This document shows positions 1-8,299 of a DNA stretch of 15,433 nt, in pieces (the first letter of the stretch is position 1; each line of letters opens with the position of its first letter). Location of the stretch: IMG/VR virus record IMGVR_UViG_2690316285_000003; one strand, 5' to 3'. This DNA comes from a virus (taxonomy: Duplodnaviria; Heunggongvirae; Uroviricota; Caudoviricetes). A program made the position numbers and the translations under genes. The notes beneath the pieces were generated by a model that saw nothing but the letters and a program-made list of their open reading frames with translations, was not told where the DNA came from and ran no database searches.

Positions 1-1332
1 TCCAGCAGTTCCGTTTTAATCAGCCACAGCCCGGCGCGGTGTGCCTGCCCCCGGCTGGTACAGCCAAAGGCATCCATCTTCGTGACGTTACGACCGTAAC
101 GGGCAATGGCCTGCGTGTCCTCCACAAGCTCTGTCGCCGTCTCCCAGCCGTTATCCGGGTCAATCCAGTTCACCTCAACGGCATTATGGCGGTCCTTCAG
201 GGCGCTGAAGCTGTAGCGGAACGGCGCGCCATCATCCGGCATCACCACATTACTGCGGTTATAGGTCCACACCTTATCTGATGGTCGGTCCTGCACGAAC
301 GTCAGCGTCTGCCCGTTCCATACCGGCATACAGCGCATCGCCGAGCAGAAATCACTGAGNNNNNNNNNNNNNNNNNNNNNNNNNNNNNNNNNNNNNNNNN
401 NNNNNNNNNNNNNACTGGCCGATGACATACAGCGCCCATTTATCCACATCTGCCGCACCAAGACGTTTACCCATGCCGTAGCGCGGGTGGGTCAGCATAT
501 CCCACAGACACCAGGCCATGTTGTTGCTGTATGCTGGCTTAAACGTTCCGTCCCAGATACCGCTGTATTGCCGCGTCTGCGGATTATAGTTCGACGGCAC
601 CTGCAGAATGCGCCCGCGAAGATGATAATTACGGCTCACCTGCTGGCTGCCGAACTGCTCCGAATCCACCTGCACGCCGACCAGTGCCGTGTTCGGGTAG
701 CACTGTTTCACATCGATGATTTCGGTGTATGACGACCAGAGCGTTTTGTTCTGCAGCTGGTCTGTGGTGCTGTCCGGCGTCATCCTGCGCATCCGGATGT
801 TGAACGGGCGCGGCGGCAGATTATCCACCACTACCGAGGCCAGATACTGCGAGGTGGTTTTGCCCTTAATGGTGATGTCTTTTTCCGTCACCCAGCCACC
901 GTTACGTTGTATCTGAACCAGCAGGCGAACTTCCGACGGATTCCTGTCCCCCTTTGAGGTGGTTTCCACCAGTGCCTGCACACCGAAGGTAAAGCGCAGA
1001 CGGTCAATGTTTGCCGACGTGATGGTCCGGGTGATCGGCGTGTCGTATTTCACTTCCGTACCCAGTACCGTCTCGGAACCTGATGATTCAAATCCCTCCG
1101 GCGGTGTCTGTTCCTGCTCACCTGCCCGGAACACCACCGTGACACCGGAGATGTTAGTATTCCCCTCACTGTCCAGCACCGGTGTACTGTTCAGCAGCAC
1201 GCTTTTTAATCCATCCACCGGACCTTCAACCGGCCCTTCGCTGATGGCATCGATCACACTCAGCAACTGCGTGGACTTCAGGTTGTCCTTTGCTTCGCGC
1301 GGGGTATGCCCCTTACTGCTGCCTTTACCCAT
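1..1332 (-). CDS. J: Tail tip/host specificity protein J, N-terminal part; 3' end lies beyond the window start; interrupted by a 54-N gap at 360-413
   Basis: ATG at 1332-1330 with GGAG about 8 nt upstream. The translation MGKGSSKGHTPREAKDNLKSTQLLSVIDAISEGP... matches the lambda gpJ N-terminus as I recall it. After the N-run the minus strand of 1-359 still reads LSDFCSAMRCMPVWNGQTLTFVQDRPSDKVWTYNRSNVVMPDDGAPFRYSFSALKDRHN... with no stop, but in a different frame from the upstream part, so the gap length is not the true length. Confidence 0.9.
360..413. other. Run of 54 N: assembly gap or masked bases inside gene J
   Basis: Directly visible as n characters. The J reading frame on either side is offset by one base, so the gap is a placeholder rather than a measured length. 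Confidence 0.95.
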
Positions 1333-1353
1333 TCCTCACGCTCCATAAACGAC

Positions 1354-1374
1354 AAAACCGCCCGGAGGCGGTTT
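1354..1374 (-). terminator. Candidate stem-loop (8-bp stem, 4-nt loop, U-rich 3' side) in the I-J intergenic region; possible attenuator or RNA-stabilising hairpin
   Basis: The minus-strand RNA reads AAACCGCC-UCCG-GGCGGUUU followed by UGUCGUUUAU, and lies between the I stop (1393) and the J Shine-Dalgarno sequence. Confidence 0.4.
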
Positions 1375-1392
1375 CACATAAAACATTTTGCA

Positions 1393-2040
1393 TCAGCGAC
1401 CAATCACCACAACCTGACCACCATCCCCTTCGTCTGCCGTGCTGATCTCCTGAGAAACCACACGTGACCCCACGCGCATTTCACCGTACAGAACAGGCAG
1501 AACATTGCCCTGGGCAACCATGTTATCCAGTGAGGAGAAATAGGTGTTCTGTTTGCCGTTATCTGTACTGGCTGCCGTGGGCGTCCTGGCTTTCGGTGCC
1601 AGCATCTGCGCCACTCCGCCCAGGATCATACTGGCCCCTGCCGCATACATGCCCGATACAGCCGCGGCCCCCAGCCAGCCCACAGGGTTCCACCATGCCA
1701 CCGCAATCAGCGCCGCCCCAAGCACCACCTGAAACACACCGCCACTTTTAGCTCCCGCCAGACGCGGCACGATGTGGATCACGGCACCATTTGCCAGCGG
1801 CTCATTAAGACGGGCAGATAATTCATTTTCGCCTGCATCACGCCCGGCAATGCGCACCTGATACCAGCCCTCATTCAGTTTCTGACGAAACACCGGGAGC
1901 TGTGTGGCCAGTGCCCGGATGGCTTCAGCCCCCGTTTTCACACGAAGGTCGATACGGCGACCAAATCGTTGCAAATCCCCGTAAAGGCAGATGCGTGCCA
2001 TGCCCGGTGACGCCAGAGGGAGTGTGTGCGTCGCTGCCAT
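1393..2040 (-). CDS. I: Tail tip assembly protein I
   Basis: 215-aa ORF. MAATHTLPLASPGMARICLYGDLQRFGRRIDLRVKTGAEAIRALATQL... and the C-terminus ...NVLPVLYGEMRVGSRVVSQEISTADEGDGGQVVVIGR match lambda gpI as recalled. Its 5' end overlaps the 3' end of K by 103 nt in another frame. Confidence 0.9.
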   Translation of the reverse strand: MAATHTLPLASPGMARICLYGDLQRFGRRIDLRVKTGAEAIRALATQLPVFRQKLNEGWYQVRIAGRDAGENELSARLNEPLANGAVIHIVPRLAGAKSGGVFQVVLGAALIAVAWWNPVGWLGAAAVSGMYAAGASMILGGVAQMLAPKARTPTAASTDNGKQNTYFSSLDNMVAQGNVLPVLYGEMRVGSRVVSQEISTADEGDGGQVVVIGR

Positions 2041-2690
2041 TTGTCGGTATACCTCTCTCGTTTGCTCAGTTGTTCAGGAATATGGTGCAGCAGCTCGCCG
2101 TCACCACAGTAAATGGCGGCATGATTCGGCACCGATGAACCAAAACAGCACAGCAGCACGTCGCCAGGCTGCGCCTCTGTCAGTGGGACACGGTAAAAAC
2201 CCGTTGCCTCCATATTGTCAAGATAGAGATTCTGGCCGTGACGCCACCAGTCATCCCCGCGATGAAAATCCGGCATCTCAATTCCCGCCAGATGGTAAGC
2301 GTCCCGGAACAGCGTGTAACAGTCCGTCACCCCGTGCTCAAAGCGCCGCCCGGTGAGATGCGGCACACAGCGGAATTTATGAATCGCCCCCCGGCAGACC
2401 AGCCACCACGGCAAATCACTCTGCACCTGCAGCCGCCGGTCGGCCTCACTCAGCCAGTGCAGACCACCGGGGTGGCTGTGGACCAGCGCCACAATCTCAC
2501 CCTGCATCTCTGCCCGCAGCCAGTCCTCCGGCGACATCCGGAAATACGCCTCCGGCTCACCGGAGATATTCACGCAGGGAAAATATCTTTCCCCCTCCGG
2601 TGTTCTCACCACGAAGCCGCACGACTCCGCTGGCGCACATCGCCGGGCGTGCGCCAGAATCGCTGATTCTGTCTCTGTCATGGGATTCAC
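1938..2690 (-). CDS. K: Tail tip assembly protein K, with an N-terminal MPN/JAMM-type motif and a C-terminal NlpC/P60-type Cys/His peptidase motif
   Basis: 250-aa ORF. The JAMM signature H-S-H-x7-S-x2-D is present (HSHPGGLHWLSEAD), and NlpC/P60-like GVTDCYTLFRDAY with a downstream His (NHAAIY) follows. Start is GTG at 2690 or ATG at 2681, both abutting the L stop. Sits in the lambda K position. Confidence 0.85.
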   Translation of the reverse strand: MNPMTETESAILAHARRCAPAESCGFVVRTPEGERYFPCVNISGEPEAYFRMSPEDWLRAEMQGEIVALVHSHPGGLHWLSEADRRLQVQSDLPWWLVCRGAIHKFRCVPHLTGRRFEHGVTDCYTLFRDAYHLAGIEMPDFHRGDDWWRHGQNLYLDNMEATGFYRVPLTEAQPGDVLLCCFGSSVPNHAAIYCGDGELLHHIPEQLSKRERYTDKWQRRTHSLWRHRAWHASAFTGICNDLVAVSTFV

Positions 2691-3385
2691 TGCGAAAGTT
2701 TGTTAATGGAAAGGAAGCCGCCAAAGTTGCCGACGTTATTGCGAAACTTACAGCCGCTCAGGCATTTGCTGCATTTATCCTTCGTGATATCGGAGGTCGG
2801 CTGGTCATATTCATCCGCGACCGCCGGACCGTGATAACCGCACTCATCACCGCGATAGGTCCAGGTGCAGGTATTAGCCAGCATGATGCGCCCCGGAAAA
2901 ACAGCGCCGTCCGTTTCCGTCGGCGTGGACAGTACAAAAGAGGCACTGACCGCGCTCAGTTCGCTGCACTGCTCGATGCGCCAGCGGCTGATCACCTCCT
3001 GCTCCGGATCGGCGTCACTGTTTCCGTTGACGAAGTTCACCGCATCCAGAAAACGGGCGTAAACCTTACGCCGGACCACCGTTCCTCCGACCAGACTCTG
3101 CAGGTCTTCCGCCATCCCGGTGACCATGCCGTGCAGGTTAGAAACCGTCAGTGTCGGACGGGCAGCACTGCCTTTGCCGTTCAGTTCAAATCCCGTCCCC
3201 TGAATGGGATACGCCTGATACTGTCGCCTCTGCCAGGTGACCGGCTCACCTTTTTCGTTCTGCTCATTACAGAAAAAATAACGTTCACCACCGACCTCTG
3301 TCAGATCGATTTCCCAGAGCACCACCTGGGCTGACTGAGTGAGGCGTGTCGTCTCATGATGTGTTTCCTGTGGAATATCCTGCAT
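2687..3385 (-). CDS. L: Minor tail protein L (tail tip assembly), with a Cys-rich C-terminus
   Basis: 232-aa ORF with AGGAGG ahead of the ATG at 3385. Lambda gpL-like length and position. The C-terminal cysteine cluster (C..C and CSKCLSGC) is consistent with the reported Fe-S cluster of gpL. Confidence 0.88.
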   Translation of the reverse strand: MQDIPQETHHETTRLTQSAQVVLWEIDLTEVGGERYFFCNEQNEKGEPVTWQRRQYQAYPIQGTGFELNGKGSAARPTLTVSNLHGMVTGMAEDLQSLVGGTVVRRKVYARFLDAVNFVNGNSDADPEQEVISRWRIEQCSELSAVSASFVLSTPTETDGAVFPGRIMLANTCTWTYRGDECGYHGPAVADEYDQPTSDITKDKCSKCLSGCKFRNNVGNFGGFLSINKLSQ

Positions 3386-3394
3386 CAGAGCCTC

Positions 3395-3724
3395 CTATGC
3401 CACGACCTGTTCAAAATCTGCCGTTATGGTTACCCACAGCGCCCCCACGCTTGCCGACCATTTACGACAAACCACCCTAATCGGTTTCCAGTCATAAGGT
3501 GGCGTCCACTGAAATGCGCGGACGCCACCGTGCCGTTCCAGAAAGGCTTTTAAAGATGGGTGTTCACATTTACGAACACGTATCGTCACGCTGTAAGTCG
3601 ACAACTGGTTATTCAGTCCCGCCGCACGACGCTGTTCATAACCATCGCCCAGCTTCACTGTCACCACTTTCGGCTCTGATACCACATTCATATCCGGGCG
3701 CACTTTCCAGTGAAACGTCTCCAT
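3395..3724 (-). CDS. M: Minor tail protein M
   Basis: 109-aa ORF. METFHWKVRPDMNVVSEPK...GDGYEQRRAAGLN...FQWTPPYDWKPIRVVCRKWS...FEQVV resembles lambda gpM (109 aa). Its ATG overlaps the H stop (TAATG). Confidence 0.88.
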   Translation of the reverse strand: METFHWKVRPDMNVVSEPKVVTVKLGDGYEQRRAAGLNNQLSTYSVTIRVRKCEHPSLKAFLERHGGVRAFQWTPPYDWKPIRVVCRKWSASVGALWVTITADFEQVVA

Positions 3725-6700
3725 TACCGATATGCTCCACTTAACCGACCACCATCACGGGCCTGCTGTTGCATAAAGTCCGCTGCCGCTTTTTTCCCAA
3801 GGTCATAAACCACCTTCAGGGCAGCCGGACCTATCTGCCCGTTCGTGCCATCGTTATTGATCTCAATGTTGTACTGCGGGGCAAACATCGCCATACCTGA
3901 ACCACCAATATCCGCCACAACCCCCAGCTTACCGTCAGCACCACGACGCAGTGGCAGAATGGCTTCAGGTCCAGCTTCCCCCATCACACCCGCGCCTTTT
4001 GCAAATGCAAAAAACGTCGGACGGTTAACCACCGTGCCACTGTAACGACTCAAATCAGCAGACTGATAAATCCCCCCATTGGCATTCAGGGAAAGGCTGC
4101 TGAGATCAAATCCCAGTACACTGCCAATCCCTTTTATCGATTTCATCATGGTTGCCTGCGCCAGGATTTTCGCCATATCTGACAGCACCGAAGAGGTGAA
4201 GGATTTGAAGTTGAGTTTGCCGGTAGTGACAAAAGTTGCCAGGCCATTTCCCATGTTGCTGAAGGCTGACGAGAACACCTGTTCTGCTGTTTCTGCCGTA
4301 TTATCTGCATCCACGGTAAAATCCTGAAATGCACGCAGGACTCCGTTTTTCCAGTTACCCTGCACAACTTCAAGCTGTTGCCAGTAACGGCGATTCTCAT
4401 TCAGTTGTCGGTTCAGGCTCTCCGTCAGCGCCTGCTCGGCCTTTCTGTAGTCATCCGTGTTATATGTCCCTTTCTGCTCACTATCCCGCCTCAACTGCTC
4501 CAGCTGTTGCTGGTATTTCTGGCGAAGACTCAGTTGTACCTGATATCGCTGCCGCTGCTGATCACCCATACCCACCGTGGCGATATCCAGGTCATGTTGC
4601 TGACGCTGAGCGCGCTCTTCTTCAGCCAGTTGACTGGTCAGCTGAATTGTTTTTTTCTTCAGCTCGTTGAGTGCCGTCTGTTTCTGAAGCTCCTGCTGTT
4701 TTACATCCAGCAGCGTCAGTGCCTGAATCAGTTCATCTTTACGGGCCAGCACACTCTTTTCATCTGCCGTCAGTTTTTTCCCGTCCAGATCGCTGATGCG
4801 CTGCTGCAGAGCCAGAAGCTGTTTATGCGCTTCTGTCATCTTTTCAGTGGCAATGCCTGCTGACTGTCTTGCAGCAGCAATCTGTCCTTCCACCTGTGCC
4901 TGTTGCTGACTGTACTGCAGCAATAACCGGGTGGCCTCATCATTACGGGGTTCGCGTGTTTTTTTCTTACCGGATGCCAGGGCTTTCTCGTAACGTTCAT
5001 TTTCACGTTGTATCGCCGCATCCCTGACAGCCTGATCGGCGTACTGCATGGCATTAATACGCGCAATTTCACGCTGATGTCGTGCTGCTTCCGTTTCATT
5101 CATCCGGTTCAGTGCAGCATTTTCAGCATTACGGCGTTTCTGTTGCTCCTGATAATTCCGCTCTGCCTGCTCTTTTGCATCCTGCAAATCCTTCTGGCGT
5201 TTTTTCTCCTGAAGATCGTTAAGACGCTGCTGATCGTATTCAACCTGAGAAGATGATGCCGTCCAGGGGAGTCTTTTCGCCCGCGACACTTTCTCCTGTA
5301 AAGCGGCAATCTGTTCATCCAGCGAGTCTTCACGACCAATATTCATGGCCGCATCCCAGAAACGACTCCACAAATCAGACAGATACTTCAGCGTACTGCC
5401 AAGCGCATTGAGGTTATTATCAATATCCGCAGTACGCCGACCGGTTTCCTCTGCCAGTGCAGACATGGCTATCCGTGCAGCATCACTGGACCGCCCCTGC
5501 TCCCCAAGGACGCGTATCTGCTCAAGCTGAGTGGCAGTAAGAAAATGCAGCTCATTGTCCAGAGCCTTCGCGGCATTTACAGGATCATCCTTCAGCCGCT
5601 TAAACTGATTTATGGTATCGCTGACCGACTGGCCAACCGATCGCTCCATCTGTGCGGCAGCTCTCGCCACCATACCGATATCGTTTCCACGAAATGCGCC
5701 ACTCCCCACCACCTGAGCCAGCGCACCGGCTGCAGCATGTTGCGTGATACCATTCCCGGAAATAGCACGACTGAGCGTCCACAGCTGCCCGGCAGTGACT
5801 CCGGCATAGTGCCCCGTCAGCGACAGCTGGCGGTTAAATTCTTCCCCCTCCTTCTGACCGTCATACCAGGCTTTACCCAGACCATAGACGGCCGCGGTAA
5901 TACCGCCAATAACCCCGCCCAGCATCATGCCTTTCGGTGACATCAGTGTGTCTATCCATCCGGCACGGTTAGCCAGCGTTATCCCGGATCCACTCAGCGC
6001 CCCTAAATTGCCGCGGGCCAGTTCACCTATCAGAACGCCTATCTCCTGGCGGGCCGCTGCACTTTTCAGCCCCAGCGAATGCGTGGCTTTTCCTGCCTGC
6101 TCCATTTTGCGGATATACACTTCTGCAGCACTGCTTACCCCCAGTTGGGCTGCCTTAGCACGAAGCAACTCAGAAGACGAAAGATTCTGGCGGGTTGCCT
6201 GCTCTTTAAGCTGACGGATAAACGCCACTTTCTGTCGGGTAGCCTCTTCCTCAGCCTGTGTAAGAACACGGGTTTTCGCCGTAACCTCAGAAATCAGCGC
6301 CAGATAATCCTGCTGACCAATCCCGCCACTGTTTCTGGCCTGTCGGATCTGCTGCTGAATACGCTGTAATTCCTGCAGCCCCGCACTGGCCTGTTTCACA
6401 CTGTCAATCTGACGATAAAACGCAGCAGCTGCTTTATCCTGAGCCTCCGCCAGAGCCATGGCCTGCGCCTGTTCCTCGCGCATTTTCTGGCTCAGCGCCT
6501 CCATGCGCTGGCGGGTTTTCTCCACCTCGCGGGCCATGCGTTCATGAGCCTGTGCGTTCTTCTCCACCGTCTGCGCATGGACGGATGCGGCTGTTGCAGC
6601 CGAAGAAGCCGCCTGCGTTGTCTGCCGGGCGGCCTGAGTCTGACGCTCCATAAAACGCTGCATACGGGCAGAAGACCGTTCTGCATCGCTGGCTGCACCA

Positions 6701-6789
6701 TTCAGAAGGTTTTTGATACGGGGGATTTCATTTTTAAACTCTGCCGCATCAATCCCCAAATCAATGACCAGGTTGGCTATCTGGTCCAT
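3724..6789 (-). CDS. H: Tail tape measure protein, about 1021 aa
   Basis: Very long ORF rich in Q/A/E/R coiled-coil sequence. The C-terminus NNDGTNGQIGPAALKVVYDL...ARDGGRLSGAYR resembles the lambda gpH C-terminus. Sits between G-T and M. Start chosen at ATG 6789, which has GGAGGTG about 8 nt upstream; the ORF-track start at 6819 is less likely. Confidence 0.88.
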   Translation of the reverse strand: MDQIANLVIDLGIDAAEFKNEIPRIKNLLNGAASDAERSSARMQRFMERQTQAARQTTQAASSAATAASVHAQTVEKNAQAHERMAREVEKTRQRMEALSQKMREEQAQAMALAEAQDKAAAAFYRQIDSVKQASAGLQELQRIQQQIRQARNSGGIGQQDYLALISEVTAKTRVLTQAEEEATRQKVAFIRQLKEQATRQNLSSSELLRAKAAQLGVSSAAEVYIRKMEQAGKATHSLGLKSAAARQEIGVLIGELARGNLGALSGSGITLANRAGWIDTLMSPKGMMLGGVIGGITAAVYGLGKAWYDGQKEGEEFNRQLSLTGHYAGVTAGQLWTLSRAISGNGITQHAAAGALAQVVGSGAFRGNDIGMVARAAAQMERSVGQSVSDTINQFKRLKDDPVNAAKALDNELHFLTATQLEQIRVLGEQGRSSDAARIAMSALAEETGRRTADIDNNLNALGSTLKYLSDLWSRFWDAAMNIGREDSLDEQIAALQEKVSRAKRLPWTASSSQVEYDQQRLNDLQEKKRQKDLQDAKEQAERNYQEQQKRRNAENAALNRMNETEAARHQREIARINAMQYADQAVRDAAIQRENERYEKALASGKKKTREPRNDEATRLLLQYSQQQAQVEGQIAAARQSAGIATEKMTEAHKQLLALQQRISDLDGKKLTADEKSVLARKDELIQALTLLDVKQQELQKQTALNELKKKTIQLTSQLAEEERAQRQQHDLDIATVGMGDQQRQRYQVQLSLRQKYQQQLEQLRRDSEQKGTYNTDDYRKAEQALTESLNRQLNENRRYWQQLEVVQGNWKNGVLRAFQDFTVDADNTAETAEQVFSSAFSNMGNGLATFVTTGKLNFKSFTSSVLSDMAKILAQATMMKSIKGIGSVLGFDLSSLSLNANGGIYQSADLSRYSGTVVNRPTFFAFAKGAGVMGEAGPEAILPLRRGADGKLGVVADIGGSGMAMFAPQYNIEINNDGTNGQIGPAALKVVYDLGKKAAADFMQQQARDGGRLSGAYR

Positions 6790-7107
6790 AACGCACACCT
6801 CCGGAAATACCTTCCCCAAGATGCATCAGTTCTTCGTCCGTTCGCTCCGGTATCCCGTTCTCTTCCGGTAAAAGGCTGAAATCAGCCACCGCAGCATCAC
6901 TACTGCCGGACACCATTCTCACGATCAATGCCTTCAGCGAGGCAAACTGCGCATCCATCCACACATCACTGAAGCTCTGCATCCGGAAATAATCGCCCCA
7001 CTCACCAAGCTCAGTGGCCGACATTTCCGACAGCATCCGCCGCCAGTCTGCCCGCCGGAACTCCCGGGCAAGCCGCATGACAAACTGCATTTCCCGCGTC
7101 AGGACTT
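6761..7107 (-). CDS. T: T-frame portion of the tail assembly chaperone G-T, reached by a -1 programmed frameshift from G
   Basis: The ORF at 6761-7090 is in the -1 frame relative to G. The T frame is open from 7123, so it overlaps the last 8 codons of G. Position between G and H matches the conserved lambda G/GT arrangement. Confidence 0.7.
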
Positions 7108-7485
7108 TTCCGGCGTCAGCGCCTCATGCTCATCATCCCCGGCATTATCAATGGTCCCCATACCGCTCAGCGACAGAACCATCTCCGCCCCCGCACCCAG
7201 GGCATCATACGACCATGTTGTAATAACGGATGCGCAAAGCGTCTCAACATCCTTAGACTGATCCGCATTCCACAGTGAGCGGGAAACCAGCCAGGCATTG
7301 ATATCCATCCCCATCCGCAGAAAAGCAATCTGTCGTTCAGCCTCCGGCAGTTCTCCCTCCCCGGCATCAAACTTTGCCGTTCGCTGCTGAACAAACGCCA
7401 GATATTCAATTCTCTGCAGCCCGGACAGCTCACTGAGCACCACGGACTGCTTTTCATAATTAAACGTGCCCTGTTTCAGAAACAT
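7099..7485 (-). CDS. G: Tail assembly chaperone G
   Basis: Translation MFLKQGTFNYEKQSVVLSELSGLQRIEYLAF... resembles the lambda gpG N-terminus (MFLK..., LSELSALQRIEHLA). Start at ATG 7485 has GGTGGAG 6 nt upstream; an adjacent ATG at 7488 is an alternative. Stop is TGA at 7099. Confidence 0.85.
   Translation of the reverse strand: MFLKQGTFNYEKQSVVLSELSGLQRIEYLAFVQQRTAKFDAGEGELPEAERQIAFLRMGMDINAWLVSRSLWNADQSKDVETLCASVITTWSYDALGAGAEMVLSLSGMGTIDNAGDDEHEALTPEKS
7105..7111 (-). promoter_or_regulatory. Candidate -1 frameshift slippery site GGAAAAG (G-frame codons CCG GAA AAG) near the 3' end of G
   Basis: It is the only A-rich slippery heptamer in the 8-codon overlap between the G frame and the open T frame. 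It resembles lambda GGGAAAG, with a Lys-tRNA slip from AAG to AAA. The predicted fusion junction is ...EALTPEK/VLTREMQFVMR... Confidence 0.55.
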
Positions 7486-7501
7486 CATGTTCTCCACCTG
7501 C

Positions 7502-7525
7502 AAAAAAGCCCCGGATAACCGGGGC
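7502..7525 (-). terminator. Rho-independent terminator-like hairpin between V and G
   Basis: The minus-strand RNA reads GCCCCGG-UUAU-CCGGGGC followed by UUUUUU. It begins about 20 nt after the V stop and is followed directly by the G ribosome-binding site. Confidence 0.7.
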
Positions 7526-7545
7526 AAATGATGAGTATCGTCCTG

Positions 7546-8289
7546 TTAACCTGCGGCGCTGACAGCCACCGTAGCCACTGCCACAAAATCGCCGTCAGAA
7601 GTCATGCCCACAATGCTGACACTGCCCTGCTTCACGCCTTTCACCGTGGCCACAAGCCCGTTCAGGGTCACCGTGGCAGTCTGTGGATCTGTCGAATGCA
7701 CACTGATCGCTTTGTCACTGGCTCCGTCAGGTTTTACTGTAAAGGTCAGCGTGGTGGTTGCTCCCACTTTTACACTGGCAGATGCCGGTGCCACCGTCAG
7801 CCCGGTAACGCCCACGGTTTCAGTGCCTTCTTCTGCCAGATACGGACGCCCCACACCGCTGATTTTCACTGTGCGGGTCATCACGTCTTTTGAGGCAATG
7901 GTTTTACCCAGTGAACTCAGCCAGCCACGGAAAACATCAACAGTACCGTTGGGATATTTGATACGAAACGCGCAGACTTCACCGGAGTCGAACAACTGAA
8001 CCAGTTTTTTCTGCCCGCTGTCACCCGGACGCCAGGCCAGCGTCGCCGAAGTATCACCGACGGATTTCTGCCCCTGGGTTGTCGTTTTCCAGTCTGCATC
8101 TTCATCATCGAGATAAGTGTCATCTTCTGCATCAGCGGTCATTTCGCCAGGCTGCAGATCCTTCACCATCGCAAGACGCAGCCAGTCAGTGTCCGATAAA
8201 GGGTTCGCAAACGCATCGCCCTTGCCGGTGTACATCCAGAACGTCGTTCCCGCACCTTTCGTTTTTGCCAGTGGATTTGGTGTGGTCAT
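7546..8289 (-). CDS. V: Major tail tube protein V with a C-terminal Ig-like (Big_2-type) domain
   Basis: Start ATG 8289 is preceded by TAAGGAGGTG. MTTPNPLAKTKGAGTTFWMYTGKGDAFANPLSDTDW...YLDDEDADW...NGTVDVFRGW matches lambda gpV as recalled. The C-terminal ~90 aa (TVAPASASVKVGATTTLTFTV...) is Ig-like. Confidence 0.9.
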   Translation of the reverse strand: MTTPNPLAKTKGAGTTFWMYTGKGDAFANPLSDTDWLRLAMVKDLQPGEMTADAEDDTYLDDEDADWKTTTQGQKSVGDTSATLAWRPGDSGQKKLVQLFDSGEVCAFRIKYPNGTVDVFRGWLSSLGKTIASKDVMTRTVKISGVGRPYLAEEGTETVGVTGLTVAPASASVKVGATTTLTFTVKPDGASDKAISVHSTDPQTATVTLNGLVATVKGVKQGSVSIVGMTSDGDFVAVATVAVSAAG

Positions 8290-8299
8290 TGCCACCTCC

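Noticed and set aside
360-413. N-run as a biological feature (insertion site or repeat)
   Set aside because: N characters carry no sequence information; this is an assembly or masking artefact.
39-1348. Plus-strand ORFs 39-281, 487-732, 716-916 and 959-1348
   Set aside because: All are antisense to J, whose translation matches lambda J closely. They are spurious.
2600-3334. 244-aa plus-strand ORF antisense to L and K
   Set aside because: It lies entirely inside well-supported minus-strand genes, has no recognisable ribosome-binding site or family resemblance, and its Arg/Ala/Pro-rich composition is typical of antisense reading of GC-rich coding DNA.
4378-4863. 161-aa plus-strand ORF, and other plus-strand ORFs inside H (3845-6369)
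   Set aside because: Antisense to the tape measure gene. The low-complexity Leu/Gln-rich translation mirrors the Q/A/E-rich coiled-coil coding on the other strand. No start signals.
6790-6819. H start at 6819 (MGKVFPEVCVMDQ...)
   Set aside because: The downstream ATG 6789 has a strong GGAGGTG Shine-Dalgarno sequence and gives a shorter overlap with T. Either is possible; 6789 preferred.
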